Virus record (IMG/VR): IMGVR_UViG_3300020186_000001
Location: 32,001 to 96,000 of that record
Reading direction: 5' to 3' (one strand)
Origin: a virus
Length of the DNA: 64,000 nt
The notes beneath the pieces are model-generated. The model was not told the DNA's origin. It made no database searches and worked only from the letters and a program-made list of their open reading frames with translations. The first letter of the stretch is position 1, and the number at the start of each line of letters is the position of its first letter. Shown here piece by piece: positions 56,111-64,000 of this stretch. The position numbers and the translations under genes are program-made.

Positions 56111-57852
56111 AAAACTTTCTGAGCTATCAGGATCAGATCTTTGAAAATATTGGCGATAAGGGCTTGGTTCTTATTGAGGGGAGGAATTTGGATGAGGGTG
56201 ATTCAAACGGTTCTGGCAAAAGTTCAATCTGGGACGGCATCTCTTGGTGCTTGTTTGGGCAAACGGTTCGAGGTCTTAAGAATGACGAGGTTATCAACCG
56301 CAAATTCGGATCGAATTGTCACGTTAAGATTGAGGTTGGTACAGGCGAGCGAACTATTATTAGCCGTTTTCGCTCTCATGATTCTTTTGGTAATCGTCTC
56401 ATTGTCGAGACTGGTGGGAAAACCGTTGAACTTGGAACCATAGCACAGACTCAAGATTGGCTTTTAAAGTTTCTTGGTATTGATTTTGAGCTGTTTAGAT
56501 GCACTGTTTTGTTTGCACAGGGCGAGACATTCAATTTCGTCAATGCTGGCAACAAGCAGCAAAAAGACATTCTCTCAAAAGTCATGAGGGTCAATTTCGA
56601 TGATTATCTTCTCAAGGTTAAAGCCAAGTCTAAGGTCTTAGAGTCGGAATCATCGGATATCGAGCGGAAGATAGACGTTCTCAAGTCTCACGTTGTGGAC
56701 AATCCGGCTTCTCTTTTTAAAGAAGAGTTCGAGGAGTGGGAGGCGAATCGTCGCACTAAGTTTGAAAGAATGAAGGCTGAATCGTTGGAGTTGGCTCTGC
56801 AAAGAGGGGACGCGAAGCCTTTAGACAAATACACTTTAATGCAGGCCAAATTAAAGGCAAAAAAGATAGAGGTTCGTAAAAAGCTAGAAGACTCTGAAGA
56901 TAGTAAAATAGCCTCAGAGCTATTGTTTTGGCGGCGTGATTTAAATTCAGCACAATCTCTGGATAGTGTTTGCACCACATGCAATCAGCCAGTCGATAAG
57001 GCTGGTCTTGTTGACCGTATAAGAAAGTCCAAGGCAAGTGTGGTTTCTTTTGAGAAGAAGTTAGAAGAGGCCAAGGATAAGAAGATCGCGATTAATGATG
57101 AGATTGCCGAGATTGAATTGAATCAATCAAAGTTGGAACGATTCATTGGGGAGCAGCATCGGATCAGTGATCGCAATCAGCAGATAGATGACCGGATCGA
57201 GAGACTTCAAAGAGAGATGACTGAATTAGAGACTCAAAGGAATCCCTTTGAACAGAAGCGTATCGAGGCTTTGTTGAGGCAGAAAGACATTAAAGCCAAG
57301 CTTAAGCTTATGGGCGAGCGGTTCGGTGTAATTAAAGAGCAGTGGCCGTATGTTTCATTTTGGGAGCAGGCGTTTGGTGATTCTGGAATTAAGTCATTCG
57401 TGTTTGATCTCATTTGTTCAACGCTAACCAACAAGGCTAATCACTATTTAAACATTCTAACCTCTGGCAGTGTAACAATTTCATTTGATACGCAGAAGAA
57501 GCTGAAGACTGGCGAACTGAGGGAGAAGTTTGATTGTGAGATAATCTCAGAGGGCAAGCGTGTTGACTATGCGAGCTACTCTGGCGGTGAGAAGCGTAGG
57601 ATATCTCTGGCGGTAGACTTGTCTCTCAGTGATTTGATGGCTGATTACTACACAGAGAAATTCAATATCATTGTTTTTGATGAGCAGGATTTTTATATGG
57701 ACGATTCAGGAAGGCTTGCGTTCTTAAAGCTTCTCAAAGAGATTGCAAAGACTAAGCGTGTGTTCGTGGTCGCTCACGATGCGGCTTTTAAATCAATGTT
57801 TGATGAGACAATCATGATCGTAAAGGACGGAGGTATTTCGAGAGTCTCTTGA
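56086..57852 (+). CDS. sbcC: SbcC/Rad50 (gp46-like) ATPase
   Basis: NGSGKSS, CTTCNQ zinc hook, YSGGEKRRI, VFDE, VAHD. Confidence 0.95.
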   Translation: MQFKSIHLKNFLSYQDQIFENIGDKGLVLIEGRNLDEGDSNGSGKSSIWDGISWCLFGQTVRGLKNDEVINRKFGSNCHVKIEVGTGERTIISRFRSHDSFGNRLIVETGGKTVELGTIAQTQDWLLKFLGIDFELFRCTVLFAQGETFNFVNAGNKQQKDILSKVMRVNFDDYLLKVKAKSKVLESESSDIERKIDVLKSHVVDNPASLFKEEFEEWEANRRTKFERMKAESLELALQRGDAKPLDKYTLMQAKLKAKKIEVRKKLEDSEDSKIASELLFWRRDLNSAQSLDSVCTTCNQPVDKAGLVDRIRKSKASVVSFEKKLEEAKDKKIAINDEIAEIELNQSKLERFIGEQHRISDRNQQIDDRIERLQREMTELETQRNPFEQKRIEALLRQKDIKAKLKLMGERFGVIKEQWPYVSFWEQAFGDSGIKSFVFDLICSTLTNKANHYLNILTSGSVTISFDTQKKLKTGELREKFDCEIISEGKRVDYASYSGGEKRRISLAVDLSLSDLMADYYTEKFNIIVFDEQDFYMDDSGRLAFLKLLKEIAKTKRVFVVAHDAAFKSMFDETIMIVKDGGISRVS

Positions 57853-57869
57853 ATTGGAATATATAAATT

Positions 57870-58517
57870 TTGATGGAGGAAAGTATCATGAAGAAGGATT
57901 TAGCGATAATTGATTGGAAGAAGCGGATGATATCTGACAGTGGCACTGATTGGCGTCTTATTAGAGACTTAGGAGAAGGTGTCGAGTTCAGATATGTCAT
58001 TGAGAGTAGCACTAAGAAGCCACAGAATCGAACAGTTGATTTGTGTGGTCGTGATCCGACTGGGAAGAGGTTCGTAAAAAACATCATAGAGGCTCCGGCT
58101 GTCGAGACTCCGACGGACGGCAATCTGCGACTTAGGCTTTTTTCGATGATAGAGGAGCAAGGAGGTCTGGTTAAACATATTGACAAGGTTGTTTCGCGTC
58201 AAGGCAGGACGAGGCGGGACAATCACGCTCAGGTGTTGTCGATGGTTGTTGAACTTCGTGAATACGTTGAGAATCGTTTCATAGATGTGGCTAAAACTCA
58301 GGAGAAGATTACTCAGACGTTGATTGAGGCTCTTGAAAGGCTTCAGCAATACGAGAATGAAGAGTTTGATTTAATTGATGTGGGAGGAGGGGGGATTACA
58401 TACACCCGTCGCCCCGTACATACAGTTACAGCAGACTATATGCGGCAGGCGGTGGAGCACCGCAATAAGTCTGTCAATGAGATTGGGAGGGAGGTTTCTG
58501 ATGAGAGGCTTATCTGA
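57870..58517 (+). CDS. Hypothetical protein
   Basis: About 210 aa; GGAGGA RBS before MKKDL. Confidence 0.65.
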   Translation: MMEESIMKKDLAIIDWKKRMISDSGTDWRLIRDLGEGVEFRYVIESSTKKPQNRTVDLCGRDPTGKRFVKNIIEAPAVETPTDGNLRLRLFSMIEEQGGLVKHIDKVVSRQGRTRRDNHAQVLSMVVELREYVENRFIDVAKTQEKITQTLIEALERLQQYENEEFDLIDVGGGGITYTRRPVHTVTADYMRQAVEHRNKSVNEIGREVSDERLI

Positions 58518-59088
58518 CTTAGTTGGCAAGAATATTGTTGTTTACGATCTTGAGATCAAGGTGCCTATTGAGCAGTGTAAAAAGGGCTGGGCAGGATACG
58601 ATGAGATGGGTATCAGTGTTGGATGTGCATATGACTATCTTGAGGGAAGATACCGTGTGTTTCTTGATGACAATATGCAAGAGCTTGTGGATCGTCTGAA
58701 TGAGCCTGAAACTCTAGTCGTTGCCTTCAATCATATCGGCTTTGACAATAAGCTTTTACGTGGTGCGGGTTTCAATCTCAAGGTTGATGAGGAGCTTAGG
58801 AACTACGACATGATGGCGATCAGCAAGGCTGGTGCAGGATCAAAGGACAAGTTTCACAAGGGGTTTCGTCTTGATGATCATCTCGAATCATGCGAGCTTC
58901 CAAGGAAAACTGCGAACGGTGTGATGGCTCCAATTTGGTGGCAAGAGAAGAAGATAGGGACTGTTATAGATTATTGTATGAACGACGTTACACAAGAGCG
59001 TGGTCTATTTGAGTATATGTATGTGAATGGAAGAGCGGCGTGTGCGTGGCGTAAAGACTTTTACGAGATAGAGTTGCCAAGGCTATGA
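58501..59088 (+). CDS. RNase H-fold 3'-5' exonuclease (DEDD/YprB-like)
   Basis: VYDLEI, FNHIGFD, YCMNDV. Confidence 0.85.
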   Translation: MRGLSDLVGKNIVVYDLEIKVPIEQCKKGWAGYDEMGISVGCAYDYLEGRYRVFLDDNMQELVDRLNEPETLVVAFNHIGFDNKLLRGAGFNLKVDEELRNYDMMAISKAGAGSKDKFHKGFRLDDHLESCELPRKTANGVMAPIWWQEKKIGTVIDYCMNDVTQERGLFEYMYVNGRAACAWRKDFYEIELPRL

Positions 59089-59549
59089 GAGAGTCCGTTT
59101 TTAACACAGAAATAGTGAATTCCCTGCGAGCCTGCGGTGCGTGGGCTTACAAGATATCAGACTCTCCGGCATCGTGGACAATGAAGCAGACGCGGTTTAC
59201 TCCAGATAAGCCTTGCGACATTATCGGTTGCTATAACGGGAAGTTCTTTGCAATTGAGGGCAAGCAGATAAAGAAGGTGAAAGCATTCGGTCAAAGCACA
59301 ATGAGGCTTTCACAGATTGAGAGTCTCACAGAGATTTTAGATAAGGGTGGCAGGTCGTTTGTGTTCTTGAATGTGCGGATCAAGGGCGTCAAGGGTGAGG
59401 TCAAACAAGAGAATCGCTTGATTATATTTGATTGGAGTGTCCTTGGTGCGGCTGAGGGTTCAATCAAGAAGAAAGACATTGATGCGTTGCCATTTATTAT
59501 TGGCAAAAGCAAACTGTTTGATTTGAGGGAGTTCTTGGATGAGCTTTGA
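59085..59549 (+). CDS. Holliday junction resolvase-like PD-(D/E)xK nuclease
   Basis: MRES.F, PCDIIGCYNGKFFAIEGK, Q...L. Confidence 0.8.
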   Translation: MRESVFNTEIVNSLRACGAWAYKISDSPASWTMKQTRFTPDKPCDIIGCYNGKFFAIEGKQIKKVKAFGQSTMRLSQIESLTEILDKGGRSFVFLNVRIKGVKGEVKQENRLIIFDWSVLGAAEGSIKKKDIDALPFIIGKSKLFDLREFLDEL

Positions 59550-59850
59550 TCCAAATTTGCAAGATCAAATGAACAATATGGCTAACACTCTTTCTTCTTC
59601 AATGGATATGACAGAGATGGTTAGTTACAACATATTTGGAGCGGCAATTACGACTACTAGGGCGTTTCAGAGTGTGGCTCTCAAGGTTGACTCCAATGCG
59701 AGTCGGGTATATGTCACATTGCGGCTGAGGTGGTGGGCAAGGTATAAACGGTTTGAGGCATTGCAAACAGCGTGGTTGATGCGAGCAGAGAAGAGGTGTG
59801 CGGAGCATGTTCCTCCTGGATGGTCGATGTTGGTTTACTATGACAGGTGA
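59539..59850 (+). CDS. Hypothetical protein
   Basis: 103 aa. Confidence 0.6.
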   Translation: MSFDPNLQDQMNNMANTLSSSMDMTEMVSYNIFGAAITTTRAFQSVALKVDSNASRVYVTLRLRWWARYKRFEALQTAWLMRAEKRCAEHVPPGWSMLVYYDR

Positions 59851-60003
59851 TTGTGACTGTGTTTGAGATTCAAGAAAAGATTGCTGAGCTTAAGCAGACG
59901 AAGGCTAGTATGGGGTGTCAATCGGCTATTGAGTCGATTGAGTATATTATAAAAGGCTACGAAAAACTTTTAGAGGGAGAAAACTCATAGAAGGAGTGAA
60001 AAA

Positions 60004-60219
60004 ATGAATGAATTGATTGAGATGATTACCTCGGTAAAGGACGGTACAACAAAGCTCACGCTTTCGATGATGCTTGACGTTGTTGTTGGGCTACAGGCAA
60101 GAGTGGGTGAGTTAGAGCGAGATCGCAGTAGGATTCAGGAAACTTTAAATGTCCTCGCAAGAGGGGGGAAGGCAGTCGATGGAAGCGGAAGGTCTGACAG
60201 CGGATTCTCAATCGGCTAA
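60004..60219 (+). CDS. Hypothetical coiled-coil protein
   Basis: AAGGAG RBS; 71 aa. Confidence 0.65.
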   Translation: MNELIEMITSVKDGTTKLTLSMMLDVVVGLQARVGELERDRSRIQETLNVLARGGKAVDGSGRSDSGFSIG

Positions 60220-60574
60220 GAATCTCATTCTTGGATGGATCAGAATGGTCAAGATGTTTGATACTAGTCTTCGGTACTACTTCCCGAAAGCAATAGACAT
60301 CTTTCTCAAGCTTTCAATTCAGCACCAGTATGGGCTTTTAAAGTTCTTTACTGAAGAGATCAAGAGTTCCAAGCTCACTAATAAAATACAAGATAATACG
60401 CAGTATGTGGATGTAATGCGTTCTATTTTATTTTACTATACAGGTTCAAAGGATTTCGGTCAGCCTAACAGGGAGGAGTTTTGTTCTCTGCTTGGAAGGT
60501 ATTGTCGATCTTCGATATTTAAGCAAATCAATGCGTGTGCAGAAGATTTTAAAAGTGAATTGGAGGCAATATGA
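60179..60574 (+). CDS. Hypothetical protein
   Basis: About 131 aa. Confidence 0.6.
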   Translation: MEAEGLTADSQSAKNLILGWIRMVKMFDTSLRYYFPKAIDIFLKLSIQHQYGLLKFFTEEIKSSKLTNKIQDNTQYVDVMRSILFYYTGSKDFGQPNREEFCSLLGRYCRSSIFKQINACAEDFKSELEAI

Positions 60575-61203
60575 ATGACAATGTGACACAGATAGACAAG
60601 AAGAAAACTAATTCAAAATGGGATGCGATCTCTGATTATGTCACGGCTCTCTCTAAGAAGGTCGGAACACAGCAGCAGCTCTCAAAATCTGTTTTGATGA
60701 TGCTTAAAACTATGGATTCAAAGATGGATGCTTTGAGGGACGTTATGGTTGCAAAAGCCGTTGCAACAGATCAAGAGATTGACGCGGCTATTGATGCAAA
60801 CATTGGACTAAGATTGAGAGAAGACAATGAGGATATTTGTTTGGGCGATGTGGTGTGGGTTAATTATTCGGGAACAATCGATGGCGGCAAAGAGTTCAAG
60901 CAAGAGAATTTTCCGATCCGCGTTGGCTCAAACACTGTTATTTTCGAACAAGCATTGGTTGGGCGTAGACCCAACACGATGGGAGTGACTCATGATGCTA
61001 CGTTCAAGGGTGGCGAGTATGCGGGTAAAACAATCAAGTTCAATATAGACATTTACAAAGTCAAAACGCAGGTAGTGGGAGCAAACGATGACGCAGGATA
61101 CACAGATATTGGAGCATCTCAAGGGGAACCTCAACCTAACGCTGAAGCTGATGGATCAGGACACGATGCAGGAGGTGGTGGTGAGTCTCAATCTATTCAG
61201 TAG
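60571..61203 (+). CDS. Protein with trigger-factor-type FKBP/PPIase domain
   Basis: GDVVWVNYSGTIDG...F...VGSNTVIFEQALVG...ATF...YAGKTIKFNIDIYKVK matches the trigger factor PPIase domain pattern. Confidence 0.7.
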   Translation: MNDNVTQIDKKKTNSKWDAISDYVTALSKKVGTQQQLSKSVLMMLKTMDSKMDALRDVMVAKAVATDQEIDAAIDANIGLRLREDNEDICLGDVVWVNYSGTIDGGKEFKQENFPIRVGSNTVIFEQALVGRRPNTMGVTHDATFKGGEYAGKTIKFNIDIYKVKTQVVGANDDAGYTDIGASQGEPQPNAEADGSGHDAGGGGESQSIQ

Positions 61204-61333
61204 GGACGATAGCGTCGGTACGGCTCGCTCGGTCACAGAGGCAGCGTTGAGTGCTTTAATAGGGCTAAGGTATTTAAACGCAGAAGATGTTAGTCTTGAT
61301 GTGAGAGTTCACACTTCACTTCAAAGGAGATAG
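61088..61333 (+). CDS. Hypothetical protein
   Basis: 81 aa; GGGAG RBS; 116-nt overlap with previous gene. Confidence 0.5.
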   Translation: MTQDTQILEHLKGNLNLTLKLMDQDTMQEVVVSLNLFSRDDSVGTARSVTEAALSALIGLRYLNAEDVSLDVRVHTSLQRR

Positions 61334-61335
61334 TC

Positions 61336-61506
61336 ATGACCGAAGAGAAAAAGCCAGACTTGGGCTGGCAGAAGCAAGATGAGACTGACAATTTGCAGAA
61401 ATCAGTGAATCCAGACGGTGAGTATATGCGTGATCATCACCTTTGTACGAAGTGTCATGGAGCTAAAAAGAAGTGCGATATAGAGGGCTGTCCTCAGAAT
61501 TACTAG
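61336..61506 (+). CDS. 56-aa Cys-rich microprotein
   Basis: AAGGAG RBS; CTKCH...C....CP. Confidence 0.55.
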   Translation: MTEEKKPDLGWQKQDETDNLQKSVNPDGEYMRDHHLCTKCHGAKKKCDIEGCPQNY

Positions 61507-61523
61507 TTATAACAGCAATTTAC

Positions 61524-61543
61524 AAGTTTCTACGTAGAAACTT
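61524..61543. promoter_or_regulatory. Palindrome, copy 3
   Basis: AAGTTTCTACGTAGAAACTT, intergenic. Confidence 0.7.
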
Positions 61544-61593
61544 TGGGAGTTCCAGTGTGGGATGCAAACGGCTCTCCGGTAGAAGAGGTGGTA

Positions 61594-61839
61594 ATGAAAA
61601 AGAAGATGCTGGTTGGTGCTTTGAACGACTTTGAAAAGATGGGCACAAACACTTCGCAGATCATTGCGTCTCGCACTGGCAAGAAAGTTTGGATCGCAAA
61701 CATTGAGTTTTCACCTGGAATTGACGTTTCACAATCAGAATCAGGTGAAGATATTTTAATTCGCGTGCGGTTGAAGGATGGGGAGTATTTAGTTATCCAG
61801 GATGAGCCTGGGCTTTCAGAGAAGAGGATGTTGGCGTGA
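61594..61839 (+). CDS. Hypothetical protein
   Basis: GAGGTGG RBS before MKKKML. Confidence 0.6.
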   Translation: MKKKMLVGALNDFEKMGTNTSQIIASRTGKKVWIANIEFSPGIDVSQSESGEDILIRVRLKDGEYLVIQDEPGLSEKRMLA

Positions 61840-62501
61840 GCAATCAAATTGAAGTGTGCAAATCAGCGTCTTATGTGCCGGTCGGAAAGCTTAAGTTCCA
61901 TCCAAATAACCCGCGAACAATCAGACCTGAGCGTTTAGAGCAGTTGAAGCGTTCTATCACGGACAAGGGGTTCTATCAGCCTATCCTCGTGTGGAAGAAG
62001 GGCGGTATTGTTCTCGCAGGCAATCATAGGCTTCTAGCGGCTCAAGAGCTAATCAGCGAAGGTTGGAGCTTCATGGCTCCTAACGGTGCCACAGACTCGC
62101 TCCCAGTTGTCATAGAGGACGTTTCAGAAGAGGTCGCACAGGCGATTCTATTTGAGACCAACAATACTTATGCAGAGTGGGTTGACGAGAGACTGAGGGT
62201 GGCCATTGAAGAGGCCGAAGAGCTGGGCAGGGACGTTAAGTCATTTGGTTTCACGCAAGACGAAATTGATGTTCTCCTAAAGGATGCTCTCAAGGACGCA
62301 GAAGACATCTTGGGTAATAAAGACGATCCAGAAGAGTTGGAAGACGATCTTTTAGATCCCGTGTTTGAACCGAACATAAAAGACGGCGACAAAGAAGATT
62401 CAGAACTCAAGTACAATCTCACTGTCGTTTTTGAGGACGGAGAAGCTCTAGAAGAATTGTTTATAGAACTTCGGGACCGTGGTTTTAAGGTAAAGATATG
62501 A
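61836..62501 (+). CDS. ParB/Srx N-terminal-domain protein
   Basis: LKFHPNNPR...LKRSI...GFYQPILV...LAGNHRLLAA. Confidence 0.9.
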   Translation: MSNQIEVCKSASYVPVGKLKFHPNNPRTIRPERLEQLKRSITDKGFYQPILVWKKGGIVLAGNHRLLAAQELISEGWSFMAPNGATDSLPVVIEDVSEEVAQAILFETNNTYAEWVDERLRVAIEEAEELGRDVKSFGFTQDEIDVLLKDALKDAEDILGNKDDPEELEDDLLDPVFEPNIKDGDKEDSELKYNLTVVFEDGEALEELFIELRDRGFKVKI

Positions 62502-63460
62502 GCCAATACGGCATTCCTTACATGGGATCAAAGTCTAAGATTGCAGCGTCAATTGCGATGAATTTTCCGGTAGCAGATAATTTCTACGATCTATTTGGTG
62601 GCGGGTTTTCTATCTCGCATTACATGCTTGAGAATAAGGCGCACAAATATAAAAGCTTTCATTATAACGAAATCAAATCAGACATAGTGGATCTCGTTAA
62701 AAGAGCTATCAACGGCGAGTTTAACTATGACCGCTATAAGCCTGAGTGGATAAGCAAAGAAAAGTTTTTTGAAGTTAAAGACACTGATGCAAAGGTTAGA
62801 TGCTTGTGGAGTTTCGGGAATAATCAAAGGGGATATCTTTTCGGAGAAGATATTGAGCCATATAAGAAGTCAATGCATATGGCGGTAGTGTTCGACGAGT
62901 TTGACAGCTTAGCCGAAGAGGTGTTTGGGTTTACAAAGTGGCCAGCTATTGCGAACACTATTACCAAAAGAAGATCTTATTTAGGACAGAAAATAGAGTT
63001 TTTTAGCAAGACTAAAATACCTATCGTTCTGCATAAATTTATAAAAGAATTGAGAGTTAACAGCTCGCACAAATCGTTGGAGCAGTTGAAGCAGTTGCAG
63101 CAGTTGCAGCAGTTGGAGGCGTTGGAGCGGTTGCAACAGTTGGAGCGGGTGGAGGGACTTCATTTCTATTCAGACGATTACAGAAATATAATCATCAAGC
63201 CTAATTCTGTTGTTTATTGCGACATTCCCTACGAGGGGACAGGTGACAAAGGAGAGGGAGGTTACCTTTTAAAATTCAATCATAAAGAATTTTTCGACTG
63301 GGCGGCTTCGAGAGACTTCCCGGTATTTATTTCTGAATACAGCGTGGAAGATTCCAGGTTTAAATTAGTCTATTCTGTAGATAAGCGGTCTCTTTTGTCT
63401 GGAAAAAAAGCAAACGATATTAAATCTGAAAACCTTTATTGGAACGGGGCGAGCATTTGA
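62498..63460 (+). CDS. DNA adenine methyltransferase (D12/Dam-like)
   Basis: PYMGSKSK, YDLFGGG, YCDIPY, ISEY. Confidence 0.88.
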   Translation: MSQYGIPYMGSKSKIAASIAMNFPVADNFYDLFGGGFSISHYMLENKAHKYKSFHYNEIKSDIVDLVKRAINGEFNYDRYKPEWISKEKFFEVKDTDAKVRCLWSFGNNQRGYLFGEDIEPYKKSMHMAVVFDEFDSLAEEVFGFTKWPAIANTITKRRSYLGQKIEFFSKTKIPIVLHKFIKELRVNSSHKSLEQLKQLQQLQQLEALERLQQLERVEGLHFYSDDYRNIIIKPNSVVYCDIPYEGTGDKGEGGYLLKFNHKEFFDWAASRDFPVFISEYSVEDSRFKLVYSVDKRSLLSGKKANDIKSENLYWNGASI

Positions 63461-63513
63461 TCGGCTCAACCCCTACACTTGCCGAGTTTGTACCGTTGCC
63501 GATAAAGGTCTGA

Positions 63514-63783
63514 ATGTCCAAGCTCAAAAAAAGATTAGACATAGAGATCAGCCGTCTTAAAAATAATCCTGAATCTCAATTCACGAGATCTAGGATGTTA
63601 GACGATATGGCTTTCAAGGTGTGTACGATGTCTCGTGCGTATGGTGAGACTGACGAAGAGCTATTCGCTAGGTTGGCGGCACATCCTGATTTTGATAGAT
63701 TTAAAGATGAGATATCGGCTGGGGTTCCATTTCTAATAAACAAGCCTGAATCCTCGTTTATGGAGGATTTAAAAAAGATATGA
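63514..63783 (+). CDS. Hypothetical protein
   Basis: 89 aa. Confidence 0.55.
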   Translation: MSKLKKRLDIEISRLKNNPESQFTRSRMLDDMAFKVCTMSRAYGETDEELFARLAAHPDFDRFKDEISAGVPFLINKPESSFMEDLKKI

Positions 63784-63789
63784 GAGCTG

Positions 63790-64000
63790 ATGATTATGGC
63801 AAAGAAGCTAACCACTGTGAGGATGGGCAAAGAGGAAACTGGCTTTACTACAACAATGAGTCCAGATCGTCTCGGTGATCAGCTAATGAAAGCAATCACT
63901 AAGATTTTGGGTGAGGAATACACAAAGCACACTATAACAATGAGCTTTGAGGGCAAGAGGGACGGCGGCGAGGGTTGTATCAGGAATTTGGTGTTGAATA
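63790..64000 (+). CDS. Hypothetical protein, runs off window end
   Basis: Open frame MIMAKKLTTVRMGKEE... to end of window. Confidence 0.5.
   Translation, partial: MIMAKKLTTVRMGKEETGFTTTMSPDRLGDQLMKAITKILGEEYTKHTITMSFEGKRDGGEGCIRNLVLN

Noticed and set aside
61336-61506. c-type cytochrome from the CTKCH motif
   Set aside because: No signal peptide, and extra Cys residues suggest a Zn finger.
1-64000. Alternative genetic code or prophage boundaries
   Set aside because: Long conserved genes are intact in code 11 and all three stop codons are used; no integrase, att-like junction or host gene block is visible.

Overview
A 64 kb slice of a large contractile-tailed dsDNA phage (myovirus-like). 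No integrase, CRISPR array or host housekeeping operon is visible. Layout: (1) 1-24.2 kb, + strand: baseplate, tail-fibre and adhesin genes, a patch of apparent gene remnants after the main fibre, then lipoprotein and membrane (putative lysis) genes. (2) 24.2-33.2 kb, - strand: an accessory/early block (MoxR/CobS-type AAA + vWA pair, Zn-dependent HDAC-family deacetylase, RHH regulator, lipoprotein, ATP-dependent ligase, WGR protein) with six copies of a sigma28/FliA-like promoter motif. (3) An initiator-like tRNA-Met, primase, DnaB, a sigma factor and a DExH helicase. (4) An AT-rich divergent intergenic region at 39.4-40.2 kb. (5) + strand: small-gene arrays, CHAP amidase, nucleotide kinase, intein-containing DnaE, SSB, RecA, SbcCD, exonuclease, resolvase, a trigger-factor-type FKBP domain protein, a ParB-N protein and a DNA adenine methylase. 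The strongest finding is that the helicase appears to be a naturally split-intein gene. IntN carries an in-frame DUF559/Vsr-like endonuclease, and IntC is overprinted on that endonuclease's 3' end with its own perfect Shine-Dalgarno. Other highlights: the sigma28-like promoter set, two paralogous 39-aa microproteins missed by the ORF track, a parS-like palindrome found three times, a small-gene array with stereotyped GAGGCGGTGAAATGA junctions, and a DnaA-box/NrdR-box-like cluster. All family assignments come from motifs recognised by eye; no database search was run. The host is unknown; a flagellated Gram-negative host such as Bdellovibrionota is only an inference.
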